The translations under genes and the position numbers were made by a program. Of a DNA stretch of 64,000 bases, positions 14,611-26,743 are shown one piece after another. The notes under the pieces were generated by a model, which was not told the origin of the DNA, made no database searches, and saw only the letters and a program-made list of their open reading frames with translations. This stretch comes from Octopus vulgaris. Taxonomy: Eukaryota. How positions within the stretch are numbered: position 1 is the first letter of the stretch; each line of letters begins with the position of its first letter. The stretch is from assembly GCA_951406725.2 (NCBI GenBank), contig OX597828.1, forward strand, positions 22,506,001 through 22,570,000, read 5' to 3'.

Positions 14611-15397
14611 TATACCAATATTAATTATATACACATTTATATTTATATGTATACATATATTTACATATATGTCCCAATATAATATATATGTATGTATAAA
14701 AGTGTGTGTGCATTTGTGTGCATTACCACCCCTATAGACACGTACACAAGCATATACGCATGCGCAAAACATATCCATATTTTATCAAACTTTATTTTTC
14801 GCAGGGCTGATATTAAATATTACGTAAGTTGAATAGTGTCACTCTTGGATGAAAACTTTTTTTTTTTCTGCATGAGGCTTTCGGAATCATTAGTGTTTCT
14901 TTACTTGAAGATTCGAAAGCTACATCATATGAAATATAATAGGAACGGAGTAGGAATAACGAAATATTCTGGGGTACGAATATTTTGGACCTGCTTGCTA
15001 TTTGAACCGATGTCAAATATAGTTTGGTTATAAAGTTTCTTGATGAAAATTTATATTGATAGCATATCCGTATTAAGTCAAACGAATCGCAATGGTCTTT
15101 TGCAATAAACTGATATTAAATCATCATTTTTATCTATTTATTTTGTATGTAGGTTTATTTCCACTACATATACATCGGCAATGAATAGCAGCTATTGTCG
15201 TAGTTTGGCACTTGCTAAATCGATGTATTTAGTGTTTGGTCTGTAGAAGATAGCTTCACATTTCTGCGTCACACATCTACAAATATTGAATTTGAAAATG
15301 TCAGCTTGATCCTGTTCTCTCCCAAAGAACACATTACTTCATTGCTTTTAACATCGATGTCATGATATTCATGTTTGATGAGTGTAGGTGTCATAAG

Positions 15398-15630
15398 TGG
15401 AGGCGCGTAGCTTAGTGGTTAAGGTGTTGGACGCACGATCGTTAGATTGTAGGTTCAATTTCTGGATCGGGTAACAGATTCTGTTCTTGAGCAAAAAACT
15501 TCATTTCAAGTTCCGCCGTTCTACTCCGGAGGCAAACATGACTAATCCTGCAACTGACCGTCTATGTGAGGAATATATACGATATGCAAACCGGAAAACC
15601 GGCCCTTATGAATCGGAATGATTCAAAAAG
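15398..15630 (+). mobile_element. tRNA-derived SINE, family C-type
   Basis: A box TAGCTTAGTGG, B-box-like GGTTCAATTTC; similar to 43728-43975. Confidence 0.75.
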
Positions 15631-16050
15631 GTAACCTTACACTTCTTTTTTTTTTCATAGGTGCCATACTCTATCTGTAATGCAATGGTAAATTTGTTGC
15701 TGTTATCCAGATAAACCTTGAACAGGATATTCATGTTATAACGACGAAATGACTGCTGATGGAAATGTTTTTTGGAAAGTCATTCAACGAATATAAAAGA
15801 TCATGGTTTGCAAGGCATTATATTTTCGTGCGAATGTTGCTATCGTTTTTTTTTTTGTGTGTGTATGTGAGTGTGTGCGCACAGCTATGTGGATGATCGA
15901 GTGAACAGAGCTCTGGAGAGAGATGGTGTGAAAAATAATTCCCGGCTATCGAAAGGTATAACCGAGAAGAAGGAGGATCTTCTTGGGTTATATGGAAAGT
16001 AATGAAAGGAGAGCAAAGTAAAAACTGCCTTAAATCGAACCGTAGTTGAA

Positions 16051-16381
16051 TGGAATGCTTTTGGTGTGCGAAATGCCAATCCGTTAATCGTGATTCAAGT
16101 TTTCGATGAAGCAATAAACCCGACATCCCTGTTATAGGTGTGTCGGATATAAAACTGCACCGTTTTAAGGTATATGTATACGCGGTATTTTCCCGTGTCC
16201 CCTACAGGTCGTAGTACGTAATGCTAATCTATGTACGCTGTAGTTGTGTATTTGAGGACACCAGCGTAATCTTAACCATAATACTGATATACACTGAAAT
16301 GAATTTTTATACACCACACATCCTGTCTATTTAGAGATGATTAGCTTAGTTTCTTGGAAGTTAAGCATCCTGACTACGGAA
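16051..16381 (+). repeat. ~330-bp unclassified repeat, copy 1
   Basis: Colinear with 20651-20972 along its whole length, with scattered substitutions and a small indel. Confidence 0.85.
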
Positions 16382-16457
16382 TGACTACGGATAATGTGAC
16401 ACAGGTAATAAGTGGGGAAATATGTGCAATGAAGACATCAGAAATATTGTTATTCTA

Positions 16458-16856
16458 GGCGCAGGTGTGGCTGTGTGGTTTGTAGCTTGCTTACCAACAA
16501 CATCGTTCCGGGTTCAGTCCCCCTGCGTTGCAGCTTGTGTGCCTTCTACTATAGCTTCGAGCCGACCAAAGCCTTGTGAGTGGTTTTGGTAGACGGAAAC
16601 TCGAAGCCCGTCGCATATATATATGTGTGTGTGTGTCTATATGTGAGGATATGTTTGCGTGTCTGTGTTTGTTTCCCCACCATCGATTGACAATGTTGGT
16701 GTGCACACGTCCCAGTAAGCTAGTGTTTTGGCAAAAGAGACCGATAGAATAAGTACCAGACTTACAAAGAATATGTCCTGGGGTCCATTTGTTCGGCTAA
16801 AGGCGGTGCTCCAGCATGGCCGCATTCAAATGACTGAAACAAGTAAAAGAATAAAT
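16458..16856 (+). mobile_element. Family B tRNA-derived SINE with internal (TA)n(TG)n tract
   Basis: Head GGCGCAGG.GTGGCTGTGTGGT, B-box-like GGTTCAGTCCC, central microsatellite, tail GAAACAAGTAAAAGA. Confidence 0.85.
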
Positions 16857-16884
16857 AAACCATTACAACAGAGCATAAAAGACA

Positions 16885-17150
16885 GGTGGCTCATTGCTTA
16901 GGGTATTCGGCTTACGGTCATAAAGTCGTGAGTTCGATTCTCTGAGGTGCGTTTTGTCTTTGGGAAAAGTATTTTGTTTTACATTGCTCCATTCAACTCA
17001 GCTGGCGAAAATGAGTCGTACCTGTATTTCAAAGGACCAAACATATCGCATTTTGTGTCACGCTGAATCACCCTCAGAATTACGTTAAGTGTACGGATGT
17101 CTGGGGAGTGGTCAGCTACTGTCTGTTCCTTTGATCGGATCAACTAAAAG
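16885..17150 (+). mobile_element. Family C SINE (degenerate)
   Basis: B-box-like GAGTTCGATTC; body matches 51913-52237. Confidence 0.75.
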
Positions 17151-17575
17151 CGTTGGAGTTCCTCCCCACTTTTTATAACAGAACAAGTTATTATTATAAA
17201 AGCGCAAGCGACTAGCTTTCACAATTACAACATTGCTATAGAATGTTCCCATCTTACAATCCTCATATGGCTCTCAACATCATAAATTAGATGCTACACC
17301 TGTTTATTTTTAGTCATGAATGCAACGCGAGATTTGGCTTCTCATAAGTGATATTCACAATAAATCTAAAAAAAAACGCAAAGAATTTGCACATCAAAGC
17401 TGGAGAAACCGCTTATGGTGAAAATGATTCTCAATAATATATTTTTGAGTTTTAAATCCATATAAGGAAGGATTATACAAGAAAGGAGCGGATCCGTGAA
17501 GTGACTCAATTTTTTAATGTATTTACGAGGAGGAAAATTATAAACGACAACGTTGGACTGATAGCAACTTATGTA

Positions 17576-18876
17576 GGGGAGATCGGGTCTAGTTATTACA
17601 TCAGTAAGTTGTTGCAAGCCCATTGTTTCCAACTTCAATAAATAGGTGAAACTCGGGTCTCTACCTCGTGAAGGCCAACTCCAAAGCATCATGACTGCAC
17701 ATGTGTATTGCACTGGCGGGCTGACACCAGGAAAGATATGGCTCAAAATACGATCTTTTACTCCAAAGATGAAATTTTGCCACAAAATTTCCTTAACTAC
17801 TAAAGCACAAGTAGTTTGTGGCTCATTAGGAAGTGTTGGAAGTTGCCTTCGATACATGAAGATGTGTTCCGGATGCCAGGCATTGCTAGAGCAATGTACG
17901 AGGTAATTCCCAGAGACCCATGGTCGGGGCTAATTGTTTCAGTGTATCAACACTTACCCCAGGCATGTAACATCTTACCCCTTCTATTTCAGTTTATCAC
18001 GCCATGCCTAGAAATTATAAAAGGAAAGCTACAAGGGGGGATACCCCTCCTGATGTCAGGGAAAGAGCCGCCAGAAAAGTTGTGGATGAAAAGAAATCAT
18101 TACGGGATGTTGCCGTACAACAGCGCATAGGGAAGGAAATAAACGAACGGAAATCCAAACTAAAGAAGGCAACTGGTACAGAAAAGGCAACAAAGGGGAA
18201 GGGAAAATCAACTGAAATCGATAAAGGCAAAGGGAAGCAGCCTCGCAACAACCAAGTCGCCAATTGGAAAATAGCCTGTCTGCTCAGATTGGTATTCCAA
18301 CTCCGTTCCAGGGGAATAATGGGTGCAATGCATGATCTGTAAAGACTGGGCACACATTGACTATAGCGATGGACAACAGGACTTACTGTGTGATCTGTGT
18401 GGCGAGAAGTTAATGGAGGACAATTCTGACTGAATGGCATATGTAACAATGGGAAAATTGGCTGATGAGGACTCTCAGTATTACAGTTAAGATATGAGGT
18501 GGTTCAAGCACAGGTAGTTAATTAAAATAATACTTCCTAGATGCAAAAAGCAGGAGACGTATTCATTTTAAACTTGTTTGTTAACATAATTCCGAGTTAT
18601 CAACAGTTGTTATAAAGTACCCCAGTAAGTGTCACAACGTACCCCGCACTCGGGGGAAATTGTTACGGCTGACATCACCTCTTTAATTAGAGCCTGTCTA
18701 ATTAATGTTATGTAATTCTGTTTTTTGCTGGTGATAACAATAAATAGAGATTTTTTTACTAATCAAAAATGAATACAGCTAATTAAATATGAATAAATAA
18801 ACACAGCTGTGTTGATTTATGCGGGTGCCAAGGCAAAAAAAAATATTAAAAATATAACAACTAGACCCGTCTCCCC
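17576..18876 (+). mobile_element. Pogo/Tigger-like DNA transposon deletion derivative (HTH start and PHD-like remnant, no DDE domain)
   Basis: TIRs GGGGAGATCGGGTCTAGTTATTACA versus rc GGGGAGACGGGTCTAGTTGTTATA, with TA on both sides (17574-75, 18877-78). ORF 18004 MPRNYKRKATRG..ERAARKVVDEKKSLRDVA resembles a psq-type HTH. Out-of-frame W-V-Q-C-M-I-C-K-D-W-A-H and C-D-L-C near 18320-18400. Confidence 0.8.
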
Positions 18877-19224
18877 TACCTTATTCAACTTAAGCATCTT
18901 ACTTAATGTACGTATATAGACTGTTGATAAGGTACATACTGCAGTATTTGACCTGACTTAACATGTTTTATGGGCGAAATATGTTAAAAAGCAATATAAA
19001 TATCGGAGGGAAACGAAAATCGGTCCCAGCAGTCGTTAGATGCAGTCCTATCGTTTGGAGTCTTTTTTAATGGTGAGTATTCGAAGCCAGCCATCTGCTT
19101 GGAAGAGAATTCGCTGCCTACGATATGAGAAAGAGTGGTCGAAATAATGACTGGCAATGCGTGTGGCCATCTGGCTCAGTATAAATAACGTATTTATATA
19201 ATTCATATTCTATCTCTGTATCAT

Positions 19225-19299
<75 letters not shown>

Positions 19300-19301
<2 letters not shown>

Positions 19302-19610
19302 TGTTATCAAAAAAGGGGGGTCGAATTTATTAATAATTAATTAATTATTAATAAATTCGACCAAGCAGTATTCGGTATGTAAAGACCATTTACGGTATAT
19401 TTGAAGTATTAATTTATAAAAATATGGTAAAGTAAAAGAATTCACTTTACCACACACCGAACTTTTCAGAAATAGCAGCCAAAAATTTGGCTATTTCTTC
19501 AACTGCAAATAAAAGTCTCCAGACAATGCATACTCAGAAAAATAACTCACATAGGTATAAGGGAAAAACAATGAAAGATCACATCCATATACGATACCCG
19601 AGGACAGTCT
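19300..19610. repeat. Unclassified repeat starting at a TA run, with a perfect 44-bp palindrome (19319-19362)
   Basis: GGTCGAATTTATTAATAATTAA|TTAATTATTAATAAATTCGACC; 19449-19520 resembles the reverse complement of 22716-22786. Confidence 0.6.
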
Positions 19611-20650
19611 GTTTCTATATTGTTGTTATAGTAGTTACAGTAGCATTTCTCCTGAGATAAAATATATTATAAATGTGCTGTATGAGAAGCTTAATAAATA
19701 TCAGTCGAAGACGAAGATTCGTCCCACCAGCGACTTGAATCCACTACACTATAGATAGATGTACCACTAAATATTCTTCTATTAGCAAGTTGGTGTGTGT
19801 GGGCGGTAGCTTTTTATAATGCAATATGCCAGGAATCATGCATACCATTAATTCTTCACAAGAGCAGGAAATATGTATGTTCAAGAGTAACTGTTTTACA
19901 CAGAAGAAAATTGTATCCCCGATATCAAATTTATTGACTATGTTCTGATTAAAGTCGAAGTAGGATTTAGATAGATTTGAAACCTAAACTAAAGGTGACG
20001 TTGTCCTCTTAGCAGTTAAATTACGTTGTTCAATTTGTCTCACTCTCTACTTGTATGAGACAAACTAATTACTGCGAGAATATATTCAATACTTTCTCAT
20101 AATTACACGAAAACACAGACTGGAAGGTTTGTGATGCGGCCATTGAAAGAATTCAGCTCCATGGCTAACATTTGGTTTATCGATCCCTCAGTGATGAATG
20201 GTAATATCGACCTTGTAATAGAATGCTTTTAATGTCAGAAGCTAGAAGGATTGAGAAAAAAATATATATAAACAAAAACAAAACTTGTAATGCATTTAGA
20301 ACGCCGTTCTAATGTTTCTGTCTCAGCACCATGTTCAAAATATTAATTTAGATAACGGAATTTATTTTTTTTACCTGCAGAAAATGAATTTAGATTTTGT
20401 TATTTAAGCATTTTCCTAAATTTAGTATGAAATCATATTAAAATGCGTTTAAGTGACATATATGCGATCAAGATTTAACCAATCAAAGGGAAGCTTTGAC
20501 ATCAGATTAATTTTTTTTCGCCTGTCATTTATGGCTTACCGCATTTATTAACTTATTTCCGAATCCCAAAGCTTCAGAGCACAGCAGCTGATCTCCACAT
20601 TCGTCTCTTACATTAGAGTTAAGTGAATGAGTAATAAACCTCTCTCTGGA

Positions 20651-20972
20651 TGGAATGCTTTTTGTACGCGAAAAGCGAATCCGTTAATCGTGATTCAAGT
20701 TTTCGATGAAGCAATAAACCAGACAGTACTGTTATAGGCGTGTCGGATATAAAACTGTACCGTTTTAAGGCCTATGCATACGCGGTTTTTGCCCATGTCC
20801 CCTACGGATCGTAGTGGATAATGCTAATCCATGTAAGCTGTGGTTGTGTATTTAAGGACACCAGCGTAATCTTAGCTGATATATACAGAAACGAATTTTT
20901 ATACACCACACACCCTGTCTATTTAGAGATGATTGGCTTAGTTTGTTGAAAGTTAAGCATCCTGACTACGGA
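20651..20972 (+). repeat. ~330-bp unclassified repeat, copy 2
   Basis: Direct repeat of 16051-16381. Confidence 0.85.
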
Positions 20973-21016
20973 AAGACACTACAGCAGTGCCTGGTAATAA
21001 ATTCTTGACATCTCAC

Positions 21017-21228
21017 CTGATCATCCGGGATAATATAAATTCTGCCAGGCATGAATTCTCTTCATAGAGTTCGATGTCGTCGCAGAAATCAATGGATGTT
21101 TCTATTATCGCCATCGGAGCAAAGACGGTAGAAGCGACGTTTGAAGTGATCTCCATTTCATGGTTGTGGAAGCGAATTGGTTTTGCAATCGATCTTTGCA
21201 ATGTATTCCATGTCAATGTGATGCTTTA
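21017..21228 (-). other. Candidate spliced exon, possibly containing a start codon (MEITSNVASTVFAPMAIIETSIDFCDDIELYEENSCLAEFILSRMI)
   Basis: Strong polypyrimidine acceptor CTTTCTTTTTTAATTCTTTATTCTTCTTCTCAG, donor CAG|GTGAGA, non-repetitive sequence, and an open frame from GAAATGG to the donor. No homology recognised. Confidence 0.4.
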
Positions 21229-22628
21229 CTGAGAAGAAGAATAAAGAATTAAAAAAGAAAGCCATAAATAAACTAATCTGAATTAAAAGCTTACATATTT
21301 ACAAATACTGTTCACACATAGATAAGAACGCTGATGAAATATGTTTAGCATTTTCTAATTTATGGAAGGCTACAAAGACTTATAAAGATATACGTGTAGC
21401 TTTTTCAAGGCACTAAGGCAGCGGTTCCATTTCAGGGTAATGAAACAGCCATAGTCTTTAACGTTGTAGCTGATGAAAGCCACATTTTCGGTTGTTCTGT
21501 ATTTTAAGTATTTTTACTGTTTGTGACACTTTCTTACATTCATGGTTTCCGATAAACACAGCAAAAATTTCTTGCATGTTCAAGTTCGCTTACTCTAACT
21601 GCTATGACTTACATCTGCTTCCTGTCTGTCACCGGTTTTCTCCCCCACCCACAATTATCTTTTCTTATTATCTGACGTTCCAAACTAACCACTTCCGACT
21701 CCTGTTGTAGTCCCATGTGATTTTACCTTTAACAAAGGTGCAGCTGTATCCCCATCCATACCATTATTTGCTTAAGACTATCGTTCAAAGATTATATTAA
21801 GTTTACTCACGTTCACGTTGTATTTCCTATTTTATTTCTTGTATTACTATATCCCTTTTCATAATCATTATGATTTTCTCTTTTATTTTATCGAGAAACC
21901 TAACGTTTTATTAAATTCTAAAGTTACAATTTTAGTAACGGCATCAGAGTGCCTGCAGATATTAGATCGAGGAACACCTCGAGTCAGACATTCACTAGTG
22001 GGAAACTCATTGGATCTCAACTTGAGACAAGCCAAATATCTTGCCTCATACATGCCACCTGGCCGTGGTATCCAGCAGTTTTCAGTTGAATTACAACAGA
22101 AAAAATTCCGTACATGTCCCGCTTAACGGGATTACGCATATTTCAGAATGTCTCGGACGGAAATCCGGCGATGTACGTCGCCAAGCAGTATTTCATTTTT
22201 TCTGCAGCATTCACAGAGAATATTTTAGTTTTATTTTGTCTTTAAGTTAGCGTTCTGTGGATCAATCATTGAACAACCGTTCCGAATGAGTATTTGGCGT
22301 TAAACTACAAAAGTCCTTTGTGACACAGCGATTGACGGCCACATTTAAGTACCAATTTTCCATTACGCTTTTCATTTAAAGTCTGAGCTCATTTCTTAGA
22401 CACGCACACACCACACACACGCACGAACACAAACACCCACACACACACTCACACACACATACACATACACACTAACGTATGTGGTTATTGCAGTTGCTAC
22501 ATAATTTATGATTATTCAAATCGCATGATCCCGTTCATCGGATTAGATAAACATCCTGCCGGATTATTGGGAATGTGATTTAAAATAACCAGTCTTGAGA
22601 CGAGCGCTCTGTGTACATACATGCATAC

Positions 22629-22680
<52 letters not shown>

Positions 22681-22761
22681 GCGTCGTTTGCTTTTTAAGT
22701 GCATTGGTTTTACTGAGATCTCCCTTTTAAGTAGAAAGAATAGCCAAAACTTTTTGATTGC

Positions 22762-22818
22762 TATTTCTAAATTCGTTGTGTGGTGAGGCAAATCGTTGCT
22801 AAACCCTTAATTACTTAG

Positions 22819-22849
<31 letters not shown>

Positions 22850-22933
22850 TAATATATAAATATATATATATATATACTAAGTAATTAAGGGTTTAGCAAC
22901 GATTTGCCTCACCACACACCGAATTTAGAAATA
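22762..22933. repeat. Fold-back: 59-bp inverted arms around a (TA)n spacer
   Basis: 22762-22820 versus 22875-22933, one mismatch seen. Confidence 0.9.
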
Positions 22934-23875
22934 TACATATATACATATATATTTATATATATATATATATATATATACATAATGAAGGACACTATCTTTA
23001 TCAGTTCTCAGTTTTCTTAACATGATTTTGCAATCTCCCTACAGAATCATTCTCGCTTGTCGTGCCGAACAACTTTTATGCAACCGTTAAATATCTGCAT
23101 ACTTTGGGTTCACACTTCAGGTGTTTCCCCCATTAACCACGCGGATAATATATCGAAATAGCTCAACTGTAACCATATATCAACCATTGTGTTAAGCAAC
23201 TTATTAACAATTTGCTCTTTCTTTACCCTCGGCTTTGTTGTATCTGCGACATTGCTTTACCAACTACGCGAGCAAATCTACTTTCTTCTTTTCAATTCCT
23301 TTTCATTGCTCTGTTAAGTTCAGTTCCAACATTGCAGATCTAGCTACAAATCCCCAGCATACCGCTTCATAGGATTTCATATATTAACACCCTTGAAATT
23401 TTAAGCCCTACATTTTCGTGTTTCCGCTCGATATTGCGCTTTCAAAGAATGCTAAATTAAGAATCGGGTTATTTGTTCTGTACGTTCTCGCTCTTATTTC
23501 ATTATTTCTCTGTAGCTCGGGATCACAAACTCTACCTTCAAATTCACCAGCTATTTGCTTTTATATTAAGCGCCATCCAAACCTCTGTATCTTTATTCAC
23601 GCTCCCCACCCCTAACATTTCTGGTCCTCCATATATTTTCTTATATGCTTTGGGCAAGATGTCAAGTATCGTAAATGAAGCTTTACGGGGTTTCTGAGAC
23701 TGACGGTAGTAAGAAATAAATATATCTTTTAACCGAAAACCTAGGTCGAATATGTTTTTCCAAGGGCACACATGGTACTGTGCAGCTGTTTTAAAACTGG
23801 TATCGGATTATGTCAACATCCAGATAGACTACAGCGTGATGTGAGCTCAGAGTACAATGACCATGAAGAAATATA

Positions 23876-24300
23876 GGCACAAGGCCATCAGTTTCGGGAG
23901 TGAGGATTAAGTCGATTAGATAGACCCTGGTATTCAACTGGTATGTTATGAACCCCGAAAGGATTACATGCCAACTCGAGGAATTTGAACTCAGAATGTA
24001 AATAGGAGTGAAACGCCGCTAAGCATTTTGCCTGGCGTGCTAACAATTCTGTCAGAACGGTGCCTTAATCTTGAAGAAATATTGGATTCAAATTTTGGCA
24101 CGGGGCAAGTAATATTGTGGAAGTGAGTAAGTCATTTCCATCGACCCCGGGACTCAGCTGGTACTTATTTTATCGACCACAAAAGGGTTTAAAAGCAAAG
24201 TCGATCTCGGCGAAATTTGAACTCAGAACGTTAAGAGAGACAAAATTTCGCTAAGCATTTCGCCCGGCGTGCTAACGATTCTACCAAGCACGCCGCCTTA
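23876..24300 (-). mobile_element. Two tandem family A SINE copies
   Basis: Reverse-complement matches ending ...GCCTTAA at ~24068 and ~24300. Confidence 0.8.
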
Positions 24301-24814
24301 ACTTCAAAGAAATATTCCAATGAATTTTGCTCTAGCATCTTATAATTTTCCACCAATCCAAATTTGTGACAGGATATATTTTAGCAAACCCACAAATGAG
24401 TAAAATCAGAATTTACCTCGGCAATATTTGAACTTATAACCAGAACAAGCATTTAAGGGGATTCTATCCCCCAATACTCCACCCAGAAGAAGTTGTTAAT
24501 TCACAGACTTAAAATTAACAGAGCGCAAAATTGTGCTCATACGAGTCGCGCCGACGAGGCTGCAGTATTATTCTCCTCTACAAGCAAAGAGTATTAAAGA
24601 GAAGAGATGCCGCCAGACATAGTCAGAAGTGATGAATTACAAGCTACCACTGCATGCTTCCTATTAACATGTGTTAATAGTGCAGCAATATGTTTGTAGT
24701 TTTTCCGTATTGAAAATTAACCATTTGGTTAGTGAGAGCAAGTCAACAATATCAAACGTTGGCGACTCTCATATCCAGTATTTATTGCGTCTATCTTCAC
24801 CACCGGTATCTATA

Positions 24815-25633
24815 TCATCGTGATCGTCATCATCATCATCATCATTATCGTCATCATCACCACCATCACCATCATCATCATTATCGTCATCATCATCACC
24901 ATCACCATCATCGTCATCATCATCATCATCGTCATCATCATCATCATCATCATCATCATCACCATCATCGGCATTATCGTCATCATCATCATCATCATCA
25001 TTATCGTCATCATCATCACCATCACCATCACCATCAACGGCATTATCGTCGTCGTCATCATCATCATCATCATCATCATCCTTGTTTTCATCCTCAACAT
25101 TATTACCAATATTTACGATTATCTTCGTCATCGTCGTAGTCGGCGGCCTCCCCCTCCTCATTCTCCTACTCATCATCATCATCATCATTATTATCACCAT
25201 TAGCATCATCATCACCGTCGTCGTTATCCTCCTTATTTTGCTCAGCCGTATTTCATCTGCCGTTACGTTCTGAGTTCAAATTCCACCGAGGTCAACTTTG
25301 CCTCCTTATCCTATCGGGGTCGATTAAATAAGTACCAGTGAAACGTTGGGGTCGATGGAATCGACGCCCCCCCTACACAAAATTCCTAGCCTTGTGCCTA
25401 TAGTAGAAAGGATTATCATCCTTATTTTAATACTGAAAAATATTACCGTTATTCACGATTTTCGTCGTCATCGTCATAGTCGGTGTCATCGTCTTCGTCT
25501 ATCGTCGTCGTCGTCATCATCGTCATCATCGTCATCCTCCTCCTCCTCCTCATGATCATCATCATCGTTATCATCGTCGTCGTCGTCGCCATTACGGTCT
25601 TCTTGCTCATCACTGCCACCACCACCACCATCG

Positions 25634-25670
<37 letters not shown>

Positions 25671-25792
25671 TATCGTCGTCGTCGTCATCATCATCGTTGT
25701 CATCATGATCATCATCATCATCGTCGTCATCGTCATCACCATCATCATCATCATCATCATCATCACCACCATTGTCAGTAACATCGTCGTCA

Positions 25793-25824
<32 letters not shown>

Positions 25825-25880
25825 GTGGTGGTGTGCGTTGTACTTGTCTTCCTTGCCATCCTTGCCATCCTTGCCATCCT
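24815..25880. repeat. (CAT)n/(CGT)n microsatellite field, with a family A SINE fragment at 25245-25412
   Basis: Direct reading. Similar fields at 34670-34935, 36120-36260 and, as (ATT)n, 37425-37685. Confidence 0.9.
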
Positions 25881-26108
25881 CATTAAAGTTTAGCACAGGT
25901 CGAGGTAAATATAAATAAATACGAAAGCTAACATCGTTTAAAAATGCAACAGTCATTAATCGCAAGAGAAATTAAGACAGATGTGATTATATCATTCCAA
26001 AGTATTTGCAACGACAACATCAATAACTCAGTATTGTTTTATACTCTAATCTCTCTCTCTCTTCCTCTCTCCCTCTCTCTGTTTCTTTCTATCTATCTAC
26101 CTACCTAC

Positions 26109-26160
<52 letters not shown>

Positions 26161-26195
26161 ATATATATATATATATTAAATATGTATATATATAA

Positions 26196-26233
<38 letters not shown>

Positions 26234-26234
26234 A

Positions 26235-26281
<47 letters not shown>

Positions 26282-26371
26282 TTCGCTCTTTCAGTCTGTC
26301 TGTCTGTTTCTCTCTTTCTCTCTCTCTTTCTCTCTCTTTCGTTCTTCTTTTCTTTCATCTATCTATCTATC

Positions 26372-26461
<90 letters not shown>

Positions 26462-26743
26462 CTTTTTATTGTAGCCACACAGGGCTAAACACAGAATAAA
26501 AATGGACGAAATACAATGTAGAATTTTTTTCTTTTCGAGGTGGGATGGGTGGGGAAAAAAACGTTTGATCAATAGGGATCTGTGGGTTGTGTGGTGTATA
26601 AAAAAGCAATATATATATATATGTGGTTCACAGTTTAGGTGTAGCCTTGGAAAGAAAAACCTACAAAAAAGACCAAGGTCACCTCAGACAATTCGAAAAA
26701 GAACACATGAGTAAATCGCCTTACTTCTCGTTGTCTCTTTTGG

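Noticed and set aside
19595-19710. Minus-strand GAAACAGACTGTC as the 3' half of an HHR
   Set aside because: The upstream box reads CTGATAT rather than CTGANGA, and stem I is out of register.
16051-20972. LTR retrotransposon bounded by the 330-bp repeats
   Set aside because: No PBS, PPT, gag/pol remnants, TSD or clear TG..CA termini.
23030-23700. Possible decayed coding or transposase sequence on the minus strand
   Set aside because: No recognisable motif could be assembled across frames.
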